DNA from: Thermotogota bacterium | GTDB lineage: Bacteria > Thermotogota > Thermotogae > Petrotogales > Petrotogaceae | Assembly: GCA_051748045.1 (NCBI GenBank) | Contig: JBNJGY010000021.1 | Span: 1 to 34,749 of the forward strand | DNA length: 34,749 nucleotides | Direction: 5' to 3' | Part shown: positions 9,250-18,886 of the stretch, piece after piece | Position numbering within the stretch: position 1 is the first letter of the stretch | Layout: the number at the start of each line of letters is the position of its first letter | Notes under the pieces: model-generated | Seen by the model: the letters and a program-made list of their open reading frames with translations, nothing else | Told to the model about the DNA's origin: nothing | The model's database searches: none | Made by a program: the position numbers and the translations under genes

Positions 9250-11067
9250 TTAAAATTCGATTGAATCGAAATTACCCTTAAAACTTGTGATAAATTCTTG
9301 TGTTTTATCTAAGTCTTCTAGTATACCTTTAATATTGTTAATGAACTCTCTTACAGACGAAGAAATTTCTTCTGCTGTTGCTGAACCTTCTTCTGAAATA
9401 GCCAATAAGTTCTGTACACTACTTGTTAAATTTGTTAGTTTATCGCCTTCATTCTGAAGCTCTTTAAGAATACTTTCAATATCAGTAGATATTTCTTTTA
9501 TATCTTGTGAAGAAGATAGATTTGATTCAGAGCTTTCTTTTAGCCTTACTGCTTCTTCTCTCATTAGATCATATTCTTTGTCTACATTATCTGTAAGTTT
9601 TTTTATTCCCTTTGAAATATTACCAAGAACTGATGCTATTTGATTCGCAGCGTTTTTAGATGATTCAGCTAGTTTTCTTATTTCATCTGCTACAACTGCA
9701 AATCCTTTCCCAGCTTCTCCTGCTCTTGCTGCTTCTATTGCTGCGTTTAAAGCTAATAAGTCTGTTTGTTCTGCTATATTACTAACTGTTTCAACAACAC
9801 TCATGATTTCGTTTGCATCTTTATCCAAATTCTTTGATTCATCTACTAAGTCGTTAAATCTTCCACTCATAGACTCTATACCTTTTGATGCTTTTTCAAC
9901 CATCTTTGACGATTTTGTAATATGTTCCACTGCTTTATCTAAAGATATTACCATATCATTTTCTCTATCTATTATTGACTGAATAGAATTTACATTAGAC
10001 TCAACCACATTGGAAATTTGTTCTGCATCTTCACTTATTTGAACAGAACTAGTTGCTACTTGTTCTACAAGTTCACCCATAGAATCAGAAAGTTCTTTCA
10101 TTTCTTTTGCTCTTTCCCCAACTTTTGTTGTAAAAGTATCTATTTCTTCAACGTCTCCAACAAAATCTATGAAAAGACCACTTAATGTAGTTCTTAATTC
10201 TTCTAATTTATTTGTTTGTTCTTCTAAAGATTTTTCGCCCTTAACAAGAACAGGTTGATTATAATTTTTGTTTTTCATATTTTCTATTGACTTTTCACCA
10301 GATTTCATTGCATTGGAATACATATTTCCCATTAAGAAAAATAGTGCTCCACTACCCACACCTGTCAAAACACTTGAAACCCATGAAGAATCAATAAATA
10401 TATTCAAAACTAACGATAAAATAAAAGCACTTAAAAAAACAAAAAAAGTTGTAGAACTTACAAATTTTCTAAGTATCCCAAGGCCCATAATACTGAAGAA
10501 TTTAATCTTTTTAATCTCTGCATATGGTTTGGTTGATTTAACTTCTACTTTAATAAAACTACCCTTATTATCTGCGCCTTCATCTAAAATATTATATTCT
10601 ATATTATCATTGAAATATTCCGCAGCGCCTTCCAAAAGACCCAAGAAATAATATCTCATGTCTCTAAAAGATGAATATGTAACTATTGCTGTTTTTTCAT
10701 TTTGTATTTCAAAATCTATTTTTGGAGGTCTTGCTCCAGGGATTCTTTTTGTTAAAGATTTGTGTACATCATTCATAGCTGCTAAAAAAGACAAAAGACC
10801 TTCTCTTTTAAAAAAGTTTGGATAATAGGAATAAAAAGTATTTATATTCTTTTTTCCCATGTCTTTTAATATTTCATCTCTTTTTTTACCTGTTCCACCA
10901 GAAATAGTATCAACCATATCAAAAACTTTTTTGTCATCAACTTCTTCAGTTGGAGTAAAATATTTATCAGTAGGTATATTTACATTATTCATTGCTTTAT
11001 CTACCAGTTTATCTCCGAATAGTTTACGCCACGTATCTATCCAAGTTCCTACAACCATTCCCTTCAT
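9250..11067 (-). CDS. H-NOX (heme NO/O2-binding) domain methyl-accepting chemotaxis protein
   Basis: MKGMVVGTW start, H102, P115 and Y131-S133-R135; two TM helices; MCP signature [38 protein letters not shown]. Confidence 0.95.
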   Translation of the reverse strand: MKGMVVGTWIDTWRKLFGDKLVDKAMNNVNIPTDKYFTPTEEVDDKKVFDMVDTISGGTGKKRDEILKDMGKKNINTFYSYYPNFFKREGLLSFLAAMNDVHKSLTKRIPGARPPKIDFEIQNEKTAIVTYSSFRDMRYYFLGLLEGAAEYFNDNIEYNILDEGADNKGSFIKVEVKSTKPYAEIKKIKFFSIMGLGILRKFVSSTTFFVFLSAFILSLVLNIFIDSSWVSSVLTGVGSGALFFLMGNMYSNAMKSGEKSIENMKNKNYNQPVLVKGEKSLEEQTNKLEELRTTLSGLFIDFVGDVEEIDTFTTKVGERAKEMKELSDSMGELVEQVATSSVQISEDAEQISNVVESNVNSIQSIIDRENDMVISLDKAVEHITKSSKMVEKASKGIESMSGRFNDLVDESKNLDKDANEIMSVVETVSNIAEQTDLLALNAAIEAARAGEAGKGFAVVADEIRKLAESSKNAANQIASVLGNISKGIKKLTDNVDKEYDLMREEAVRLKESSESNLSSSQDIKEISTDIESILKELQNEGDKLTNLTSSVQNLLAISEEGSATAEEISSSVREFINNIKGILEDLDKTQEFITSFKGNFDSIEF

Positions 11068-11150
11068 ATGAAAAACCTCCGTTTTAGAATGTATAAAAAT
11101 ATATTTCCCTCAAATAATTATAACATATTAGTTAAATTTAGAATGTATTT

Positions 11151-11462
11151 TTATTTTTTAATTTCTATTATTTTGTCCAATTTTGTCATTTTTATCAATT
11201 TAAAAACGTTATCTGTTGGTCTGTATATCATCAATTTTTTATTTTTATCTTTTAAGTATTTGTAAAATTTAACCAAGACCCCGATACCAGAACTGTCTAT
11301 GTAAGTTAATTTAGACATATCAAAAACTACCTTATCATTTTTTAATTTAGCAAATTTATTCTGTATTTGTCCAGTTATTTTATTAATATTGTACACATCC
11401 ATTTCACCTTCAAAATATACCCATAAAGAATTGTCGCTCATTTCTTCAAACTGAATATTCAT
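11151..11462 (-). CDS. STAS-domain anti-sigma-factor antagonist
   Basis: GEMD...DMSKLTYIDSSGIGVLV motif containing the phosphorylatable Ser; 103 aa; RBS AGGAGG. Confidence 0.9.
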   Translation of the reverse strand: MNIQFEEMSDNSLWVYFEGEMDVYNINKITGQIQNKFAKLKNDKVVFDMSKLTYIDSSGIGVLVKFYKYLKDKNKKLMIYRPTDNVFKLIKMTKLDKIIEIKK

Positions 11463-11552
11463 AAGTTAACCCTCCTTGTTTATTAATCAACTGATTATAT
11501 ATTATATTTTACCATTTTTTAAAGAATTTAAAAATAAAAATAACATTTTATT

Positions 11553-11581
11553 TTGAAGCTAATGTTATATTTTGATATAAT
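11553..11581 (+). promoter_or_regulatory. Probable sigma70 promoter for the Prx-nitroreductase gene
   Basis: TTGAAG-N17-TATAAT with TG extension, about 22 nt upstream of the ATG. Confidence 0.6.
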
Positions 11582-11603
11582 TTTATAAAGGAGGCGGTTT
11601 TTA

Positions 11604-12659
11604 ATGTCTAATGAATTAAAAAGATTACCATATTTCAATTTAAAAGATGAAAATGAAAATGATTTTGATTTTTATAATATTAGGGGTAAGTACACTATAT
11701 TGTATTTTTTTCCAAAAGCTTTCACTTCTGGTTGTACAAAAGAAACTGATAATTTTGCAGAGAAAAAAGATTTGTTTTTAAATTTTGAAAAAGAAATCCC
11801 AAAGAAAGAAGTTTTTGGTAGTTCAGAAATAAAAGAAGATTTGAAAACAGAAATTCAAATCATAGGAGTATCACCAGACAATCCAGAAAAACTTAAAAAA
11901 TTTATAGAATCAGAAAAAGCATTTTTCCACATGATTTCTGACCCTGATAAAGAATTTGCTGAAAGCCTTGGGGCAATAAAAGATAATGGTGGAATTAAAA
12001 GATCTACTTTTATAATAGATAGGTGGGGGAGAATCAGAAAAAGTTTTTATAACGTAAAAGTAGATGGACACGTTGAAAAAGTAATAGAAATTCTAAAAGA
12101 AATCATAGAAGAAGATCAAGAAATAGATAGAGACTTATATCATAGAAGATCTTTTAGAAGTTTTTCTCCTGAGAAGGTTTCTAAATTAGAATTAGAACAA
12201 CTTATTAAAACAGCTCACCTTTCTCCAAGCTGTTTTAACAATCAACCTTGGAGATATCATATAATAGAAGATGAGAAAAAACTAAAAGAATTTCACAAAG
12301 CAATACCTGATGGAAACTACTGGGTAAAATATGCTCCAGCAGTAATAGTAGTATATGGAAAAGTAGATGATGACTGCGATCTTTCAGATAATAGACAATA
12401 TTTATTATTTGATATAGGTCTTTCAATAGGTTTGATTTTAAAACAAGCTACAAAAATGGGTATTCTGACTCACCCTATAGCTGGTTTTAGTCCTAAAAAA
12501 GTTAAAAAAATATTAGAAATAGACGATGAAAATATAGTCGTTACTGTTATACCAGTTGGTTATCCAGGAAATATAGATTACTTAAATGAAAATCACACTA
12601 AATCAGAAAAAAGTGAAAGAGAAAGAAAAGACATTTCAGAAATTTTAAAATGGAATTAA
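11604..12659 (+). CDS. BCP/PrxQ peroxiredoxin-nitroreductase fusion protein
   Basis: N-terminal FFPKAFTSGCTKE, GVSPD and RSTFIID (BCP-type Prx); C-terminal RRSFRSF, SPSCFNNQPW and IPVGYP (nitroreductase). Confidence 0.9.
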   Translation: MSNELKRLPYFNLKDENENDFDFYNIRGKYTILYFFPKAFTSGCTKETDNFAEKKDLFLNFEKEIPKKEVFGSSEIKEDLKTEIQIIGVSPDNPEKLKKFIESEKAFFHMISDPDKEFAESLGAIKDNGGIKRSTFIIDRWGRIRKSFYNVKVDGHVEKVIEILKEIIEEDQEIDRDLYHRRSFRSFSPEKVSKLELEQLIKTAHLSPSCFNNQPWRYHIIEDEKKLKEFHKAIPDGNYWVKYAPAVIVVYGKVDDDCDLSDNRQYLLFDIGLSIGLILKQATKMGILTHPIAGFSPKKVKKILEIDDENIVVTVIPVGYPGNIDYLNENHTKSEKSERERKDISEILKWN

Positions 12660-12675
12660 TATAGAACTAAAGGGG

Positions 12676-13233
12676 ATGGTAAATATGTTTGAAGGAAAAC
12701 TGACTAGACTGAGAGTCTACAGGAAAGATGATTTAAAAAAGGTTTGGAACTATATAAACCAGGATAACACTATAAAATTTTTACGACCAGGAATTCCTTT
12801 TCCTTTTAAATTTGAAGAAGAAGAAAAATGGTATGAATCAATTGATGCAATGAGCACAAAAAATTATACTTTTGCTATTGAAAGAAAAAAAGACGATGAA
12901 TATTTAGGTGGATGTGGAATAAATGAAATAGACTGGAAAAACTCTTATTGTGAAATAGGAGTTTTCTTAGCAGAAGATTTTTGTGGACAAGGTTATGGAA
13001 CTGATGCTCTTAACATATTGGTTGATTTTATTTTCAATGAAATGAATTTAAACAAAGTTATGTTAAGTGTATATGAATTCAACGACAGAGCACAAAGCTC
13101 ATATAAAAAGGTTGGTTTTGTTGAAGAAGGTAGATTAAGAGACCATATTTTTAGAAATGGACAATATAATGACGAAATAATTATGAGTATTTTGAGAAAA
13201 GAATGGGAAGAAATGAAGAAAAAAGGAGTATAA
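12676..13233 (+). CDS. GNAT acetyltransferase, RimJ/RimL family
   Basis: CEIGVFL, GQGYGTDAL, NDRAQSSYKKVGFVEEGRLR. Confidence 0.9.
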   Translation: MVNMFEGKLTRLRVYRKDDLKKVWNYINQDNTIKFLRPGIPFPFKFEEEEKWYESIDAMSTKNYTFAIERKKDDEYLGGCGINEIDWKNSYCEIGVFLAEDFCGQGYGTDALNILVDFIFNEMNLNKVMLSVYEFNDRAQSSYKKVGFVEEGRLRDHIFRNGQYNDEIIMSILRKEWEEMKKKGV

Positions 13234-13235
13234 TA

Positions 13236-13375
13236 GAAATTGTAGAACAATTTCAGCTGGAAGATGGATGTTGGATGTCGGAAGAAAATACATTGGTAAA
13301 ATTCTGGCGAATGTCACCTTGAGCTTGTCGAAATGACAGAGTATATAGTTTTTTAATAATATTTTTTCTTCCAAC
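13236..13375 (+). repeat. Composite REP-like intergenic element, copy 1 (internally deleted)
   Basis: GAAA..TTTC hairpin (13236-13254), heptamers CTGGAAG ATGGATG TTGGATG TCGGAAG, core TGTCACCTTGAGCTTGTCGAAA-TGACA (13312-13338), inverted CTTCCAAC (13368-13375). Homologous to the elements at 18.9 and 28.6 kb. Confidence 0.85.
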
Positions 13376-13392
13376 TAGATAGGGGTAGAAGC

Positions 13393-14469
13393 TTGCTCGA
13401 CGTTAAGATGTTTGGTGATTTTAAAATTTCAAAAGACAATAAATCAATAAACAACTCTTTCGGCTCTCACAAAGCCGAAGAGTTGTTTAAGTTTTTAGTT
13501 TTAAATAAAGAAAAAAGAATTTCAACTTATGAATTATACGATCTATTCTGGAATGATTTTATCGATCAAAATGCCAAACAAAACTTGAACTCAACTCTTT
13601 ATTATATAAGAAAAAATCTAAATATATCGAAAGATGCCCTTTATATTAAAAATGATATTTGTACTTTTAAACCAAAAGATTTCAAGAGTGATGTGGATGA
13701 ATTTCTAAAAATAATAAAACTTCTAAACATGACTATTTCTGAAGATGAGGAAAAAACTGTTGCTCTTTTCAAAGAATTAGATAATATATATAATGGAGAG
13801 CTTCTTCCAGATAATTTTAACGATATTTGGGTAGAAGAAAAAAGGTTTTATTTCCAAAATTTATATATAGACAAATTAATAGAAGTAGTTGATATTTTAT
13901 TTAAAAAATTAGAGACTCAAATCGCTATTAAATATATTAACAAAGCTTTAGAAAAGAATAGAAAAAGAGAAGACTTATGGCTTAAAAAAATTGAACTTTT
14001 AATAAAAATGGAAGATTTTAGTCTAGCAAAATCTACTCAAAAAGAATATAAAAAAATTTTTGGCGAGCAAGATATAGATTTTATTGATCTCACGCTTGAA
14101 AATTTTTCCAATTTCAAAAAAAGAGAACAAATAGATAACTTTTCAGATATTTTAGGGAATTTAGAAGGTGGAACGACATTAAATAAAAAAGAATTTGATT
14201 TTGCTCTTGAATTAGAAAAGAAGAAAAGAAAAAAAGATTATCTGTTTATAGAAATAGAGATTGAAGATAATTCAAATATTATAGATCTCTTCAATGTTTT
14301 ATCTAAAAATATTAGAAGAGAAGATTTGATAAATAAAAACAAAGACAAAATTTATATATTATTCAGAGGTCTTGATATACCAAAAGAAAAAAAGGAAATC
14401 ATTGTTGAAAAATTATCTAAATTTTCAGGAAAAGTCACAGAAAACTTCAAAATTTTGAAGTTTGAGTAG
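13393..14469 (+). CDS. AfsR/SARP-like regulator (winged HTH + BTAD) with a C-terminal degenerate GGDEF-like region
   Basis: VKMFGDFKI, KAEELFKFLV, LFW...AKQNLNSTLYYIRKNL, SDVDEF, YNGELLP...WVEEKR. C-terminal IRREDLI resembles a GGDEF N-half with no GGDEF motif. TTG start. Confidence 0.8.
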   Translation: MLDVKMFGDFKISKDNKSINNSFGSHKAEELFKFLVLNKEKRISTYELYDLFWNDFIDQNAKQNLNSTLYYIRKNLNISKDALYIKNDICTFKPKDFKSDVDEFLKIIKLLNMTISEDEEKTVALFKELDNIYNGELLPDNFNDIWVEEKRFYFQNLYIDKLIEVVDILFKKLETQIAIKYINKALEKNRKREDLWLKKIELLIKMEDFSLAKSTQKEYKKIFGEQDIDFIDLTLENFSNFKKREQIDNFSDILGNLEGGTTLNKKEFDFALELEKKKRKKDYLFIEIEIEDNSNIIDLFNVLSKNIRREDLINKNKDKIYILFRGLDIPKEKKEIIVEKLSKFSGKVTENFKILKFE

Positions 14470-14477
14470 GAGACTAC

Positions 14478-15140
14478 ATGTTAGAAGATAAAAAAAGCTA
14501 CATGATAGAACAAATACTTTCTGAAAGCATTTGGCAATACTATAATTTGATAAAAAAATATTTTCAGTTCAACAAGAATTATGTTGACATTATTTTTTAC
14601 GCCTTGAACTCTAGTAACAATGAAATAAGCTGGTTAAATTATTTAAAAAATATTGAATTCAAATTAAAAGAACTATTATCTCCTACGATTAAAATCTCTA
14701 AAGAACAAGATTCTAATATTTTAATAGGTCAAAAGAATGATATAAGAGCTTTTATCAAATATGAAAACACTAAAGATAAAGAATTTTTATATGAATTTTC
14801 AAAATTTTTATATCTTATGATTAAAAAAATTGAAATCAATTCTCAAATGGCTAAAGAAGTTATTTTTAAGCAGTTCATAATTGATAAAAACGATTCTATT
14901 ATTTTAATTTTAGATGAAAATGATGTAATTGAAAACTATAACTTAAAAGCTATATCTTTTTTTAAATATGACATAAGAGGTAAAAAAATAGATCTTTATA
15001 TAAAAAATCAAAAATTAATTAAACCACAAAACTCTTATGATTCAATCTATATGGATTTAATCGTAAAAAAAGTAGAGTTTAAAGCTAAAATAAGTTCCTA
15101 CAAATCAGAAAAAACATTAATCGAGCTGATCTCTTTATAA
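14478..15140 (+). CDS. Hypothetical protein, possible C-terminal PAS-like domain
   Basis: 220-aa ORF with RBS AGGAG. DSIILILDENDVIENYNLKAISFFKYDIRGKKI resembles a PAS N-terminus. Confidence 0.65.
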   Translation: MLEDKKSYMIEQILSESIWQYYNLIKKYFQFNKNYVDIIFYALNSSNNEISWLNYLKNIEFKLKELLSPTIKISKEQDSNILIGQKNDIRAFIKYENTKDKEFLYEFSKFLYLMIKKIEINSQMAKEVIFKQFIIDKNDSIILILDENDVIENYNLKAISFFKYDIRGKKIDLYIKNQKLIKPQNSYDSIYMDLIVKKVEFKAKISSYKSEKTLIELISL

Positions 15141-15200
15141 TTAGCTAAAAATATTGTGCTATAATAATATTTATTCTATAATTTGAAAGGAGTTCAAAAA

Positions 15201-15611
15201 ATGAAAAAGATTATTTTAGTTTTAACTTTGTTAATCTCAGTAATTACTATTTTTTCTGCAACAGCAAAGTTTAATTTCTTCTTTCCTACTTTAAGTAGCG
15301 TTAGAGGTGATCTGATGATGGCTTCAGATTTATCCAACCTTGAATTTGTTGGAGGCACAGAGTTTCCATTTCTGACAGCTAATTTTGATGATAAAGTAAT
15401 TTCATCATTAGGCTTGGGTGTTTTGACAACTGGAGGAACACCTGATTTTAGAATGGTTTTAAAAGCAGGAACTTATAGTATTAAAGGTCAATTTACTGCT
15501 GGAACTGATGGAATATCTATCGGAGGACAGTATGCAACCTTTGGTGGCTTTTTGAAAGCGGGAGCATGGATACAACCAGCTTTTAAATTATTTTTTGGAA
15601 TTGAATATTAA
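15201..15611 (+). CDS. Small exported protein, putative outer-membrane (toga) beta-barrel
   Basis: Signal peptide MKKIILVLTLLISVITIFSA; Gly/aromatic alternating strands; C-terminal KLFFGIEY. ATG 15201 follows AAGGAG. Confidence 0.65.
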   Translation: MKKIILVLTLLISVITIFSATAKFNFFFPTLSSVRGDLMMASDLSNLEFVGGTEFPFLTANFDDKVISSLGLGVLTTGGTPDFRMVLKAGTYSIKGQFTAGTDGISIGGQYATFGGFLKAGAWIQPAFKLFFGIEY

Positions 15612-15618
15612 ATTTTAT

Positions 15619-15652
15619 AAAAGATGTCTGATTGATTTCAGGCATCTTTTTT
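15619..15652 (+). terminator. Intrinsic terminator
   Basis: AAAAGATGTCTGA-ttgatt-TCAGGCATCTTTTTT (one G.U pair). Confidence 0.8.
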
Positions 15653-15708
15653 ATTTAATGCTAGTTATAGTATAATGTTATTAACAGAATATATTTGGAG
15701 ATGATAAC

Positions 15709-18471
15709 ATGTTTGAGAATTTAATGGGAATTATCGCAAATGAAAATCCTACAAATTTATTAAGAATTATTTCAAAAGAAATCTCCGAACAATTGCAAAG
15801 TAAAATTAACTCCCATAATTTAATTTTTATATATGAACCCGCTAGAGAAGTACTTAGACTTATGGGATCCTCTGTTGACTGTGAACTTTTAAGAGGCTTT
15901 AAAATCTATATGGGAGATAACGCTAAATTGCATAATGCCATATATGATAAAGAAAAAACAAAATATGTTTTAAATGATGATGAAAAAATTGGGTGTTTAA
16001 AAAATCAAGATGAGATTTTTATATACCCTATTTACGCTAATAATACTTTTCTAGGCGCTGTTGGTTTATTTGAAAATAATTATGATGTTGAAGAACTAAA
16101 CTCTGAATTTTCAACGTTTGCTGTTCTTATGAATTTGGTAATGGAAGCATTATCTATAGAGGAATTAAGAGAAAAAGTAAAATTATTAGAAAATTTGACA
16201 GAAATCATTGAAGATGTCATGGATAAGGACGAACTGATAAAAAATATTATAAAAGATATACACAATTTTCTACATGCACAAGTCAGTGTTTTCTGGGAAT
16301 TTGATGAAGAAAAAAACAATTTAGTATTAAAACACCATCAAGGAATTGATAATAAAAATATTATAAAAGATAATCTCCCTTTAGAAAATACTTTTGAAGG
16401 AGAATCTTTATCAGAAAACTCTGGAAGAATTATAATAGGTAGAAAATTTTATAAAGATAAAGACAAACCATTTGATATAGATTTTAGATCATCAATGTAC
16501 TCAAAAATTGTTTCAGATAACAAAGTTTTAGGTATAATAGCTATTTACAATAGAAAAAAAGACTATGGTTATAGACCTTATAAACATTTTGACAATCTTG
16601 ATTTAGCTTTTTTAACAGATGCTTCTAAAAGAACTGGCCTAGCTATCAATAGAATTTATCTATATGATAAATTAAGAGAAGAAATTAAAAAACTTAAAAA
16701 ATTCAAAAAAAGCAATGAACAGCTTATAAACATCCAAAAAAACCAACTTGAAAAGATGAATGCATTACATAAAATATCACAAGCTATTAGATCTACATAT
16801 GATAAAAATAATGCTATTAAAATTATGCTCCTTGGATTAACTTCTGGAAGAGGCTTGAAGTATAATAGAGCTCTATATCTTGAAAGAGATAAAGTTAGAG
16901 GTTTTTTAATACCCAAACTATGGGTAGGGCCCTCTGAAGATGAAGACATAAGTGAGGCTTGGGAGCAAGCTAATCAAAAAGCACTTAAATATGGGGATTT
17001 GGTTCAATTTTTAAGAGAAGAAGCTTTGAATATGCCTAATACAAACAAACTAACTGAATCAATTTCTAATAATGTTCTTGCATATAAAGGTCACCCTGTT
17101 CTTGAAAGGGTAGTAAGCAAAAGACAAATTGTAAATGTAACTTCAAATGTTTTTAAAGTAAAAAATGAAGAATTAGAAGATATTTATGACATAATAAAAA
17201 ATGAAGAGTTTCTAATTTTCCCTATCGCTGGTAGATTTGAAACAAAAGGTATTATTATAATAGACAACAAATTCAACAAAGAGCCAATAAATGATATAGA
17301 TTCTGAAATATTAAGACTATTCATGGATTCTATAGGGCTTGCAATGGAAACAATAGATAATTACAATGAATTAAGAAACAAAACCAAAAGTTTAGAAGAG
17401 CAAAAAAACCTCATGGATTACTATCGAAGATTCAAAGAAAATGTGTTACAAAACCTAGCTGTTGGTATAATTGTTGTAGATAGACAGGGTAAAATTATTG
17501 AATGGAACGAAAAAGCAGAAAACTTTTTTTCAAAACCAAGAGAAAATGTAATAGGCAATTCTATAAATCTTATGTCCTCGACTTTTGGAGATGACATAAT
17601 AAACACAATAGAAACCATTATAGAAACTGAAGAAAGCCTTAAATACCCTAATTACAAGCTTAAAATAGGTGATGAAACTAAGATTTTTGATATACAATTC
17701 TCACTTTTAAGAAATAGAGAAGTTGGCTATGTAGAAGGAGTTATTTTGGGATTTGATGATGTGACTGAAATCTATTCTCTACAACAAGAAATGGAAAAAA
17801 GAGAAAAATTAGCTGCAATAGGAGAGATGACTTCTAGAATTGCTCATGAAATAAGAAATCCTTTAACTGTTATAGGGGGATTTTTAAAAAGACTCTATAA
17901 AAAAATGGATGACCCTAAATCAGTAAAGAAATATGCTGGTATAATAGATGATGAACTCTCAAGGCTTGAAGTTATTGTTTCTGAAATATTAGAATATTCA
18001 AGAGGAAAAAAGCTACCAGAATTTGAAGAGATAGATTTAAATAATTTAATAGATGATGTACTTATGATGTACGAAGATTTCATAGAACAAAAAGATATTA
18101 CACTAGAAAGAGAAAAAAATGTCGACAATATATATGTTGATTTGGATAGGAATAGAATTAAACAAGTTCTAATAAACTTATTAAAAAACGCTATAGAAGT
18201 AGTCCCTAAAGAAGGTAGAATAGAAATAAAAAGTGGTATCGATGAAAAGCATAACGCCTTTTTCCAAATCAAAAACAATGGAGATACAATTCCAGAAGAA
18301 GACCAAGAAAAACTATTCATGCCATTTTTTACAACAAAAACACACGGAACAGGATTAGGGCTACCAATTTGTAAAAAAATAATAGAAGATGAACACAAAG
18401 GAAACCTTTATTTGGTAAAATCTGACGGGGACGGAACAATTTTCAGATTTGAAATACCTTTAGATACATAA
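15709..18471 (+). CDS. Cytoplasmic multi-GAF/PAS sensor histidine kinase
   Basis: H-box AHEIRNPLT, N-box QVLINLLKNAIE, F/G2 boxes LFMPFFTTK..GTGLGL, PAS GIIVVDRQGKIIEWNEKAE, upstream GAF-like segments; no clear TM. Confidence 0.92.
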   Translation: MFENLMGIIANENPTNLLRIISKEISEQLQSKINSHNLIFIYEPAREVLRLMGSSVDCELLRGFKIYMGDNAKLHNAIYDKEKTKYVLNDDEKIGCLKNQDEIFIYPIYANNTFLGAVGLFENNYDVEELNSEFSTFAVLMNLVMEALSIEELREKVKLLENLTEIIEDVMDKDELIKNIIKDIHNFLHAQVSVFWEFDEEKNNLVLKHHQGIDNKNIIKDNLPLENTFEGESLSENSGRIIIGRKFYKDKDKPFDIDFRSSMYSKIVSDNKVLGIIAIYNRKKDYGYRPYKHFDNLDLAFLTDASKRTGLAINRIYLYDKLREEIKKLKKFKKSNEQLINIQKNQLEKMNALHKISQAIRSTYDKNNAIKIMLLGLTSGRGLKYNRALYLERDKVRGFLIPKLWVGPSEDEDISEAWEQANQKALKYGDLVQFLREEALNMPNTNKLTESISNNVLAYKGHPVLERVVSKRQIVNVTSNVFKVKNEELEDIYDIIKNEEFLIFPIAGRFETKGIIIIDNKFNKEPINDIDSEILRLFMDSIGLAMETIDNYNELRNKTKSLEEQKNLMDYYRRFKENVLQNLAVGIIVVDRQGKIIEWNEKAENFFSKPRENVIGNSINLMSSTFGDDIINTIETIIETEESLKYPNYKLKIGDETKIFDIQFSLLRNREVGYVEGVILGFDDVTEIYSLQQEMEKREKLAAIGEMTSRIAHEIRNPLTVIGGFLKRLYKKMDDPKSVKKYAGIIDDELSRLEVIVSEILEYSRGKKLPEFEEIDLNNLIDDVLMMYEDFIEQKDITLEREKNVDNIYVDLDRNRIKQVLINLLKNAIEVVPKEGRIEIKSGIDEKHNAFFQIKNNGDTIPEEDQEKLFMPFFTTKTHGTGLGLPICKKIIEDEHKGNLYLVKSDGDGTIFRFEIPLDT

Positions 18472-18483
18472 GGAGGGAAAATT

Positions 18484-18840
18484 ATGGCTAAAATCTTAGT
18501 TGTAGATGACGAAGATAACGTAAGATTATTAATTAAGGAAGAACTCGAAGAGTCAGGGTATGATGTTATAGACGCTCCAAGCGCAGAAAAAGGATTAGAA
18601 ATCCTAAAAGAAAAAAACGATATTGACATAGTATGTACAGATATCGAAATGCCAGACATTAGTGGTTTAGAATTTGCTGGTGAAATTAGGAAAAAATTTG
18701 GTGACACAAAAATTATATTTTTGACTGCATATTCTCATTACAAATCTGAAATGGCTTCATGGGCAGCAGATGCTTATGTCGTTAAATCAATGGATTTAAC
18801 TGAATTAAAAGAAACCATTTCAAACTTATTGAATATTTAA
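18484..18840 (+). CDS. Single-domain response regulator
   Basis: KILVVDDE, TDIEMP (phospho-Asp), LTAYS, YVVKS; 12 nt downstream of the kinase. Confidence 0.94.
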   Translation: MAKILVVDDEDNVRLLIKEELEESGYDVIDAPSAEKGLEILKEKNDIDIVCTDIEMPDISGLEFAGEIRKKFGDTKIIFLTAYSHYKSEMASWAADAYVVKSMDLTELKETISNLLNI

Positions 18841-18850
18841 AGAAAATGCT

Positions 18851-18872
18851 GGTCACCGTTAGGTGACCTTTT
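18851..18872 (+). terminator. Intrinsic terminator after the two-component pair
   Basis: GGTCACC-gtta-GGTGACC-TTTT. Confidence 0.7.
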
Positions 18873-18886
18873 GTGTTAGTTCAGAT

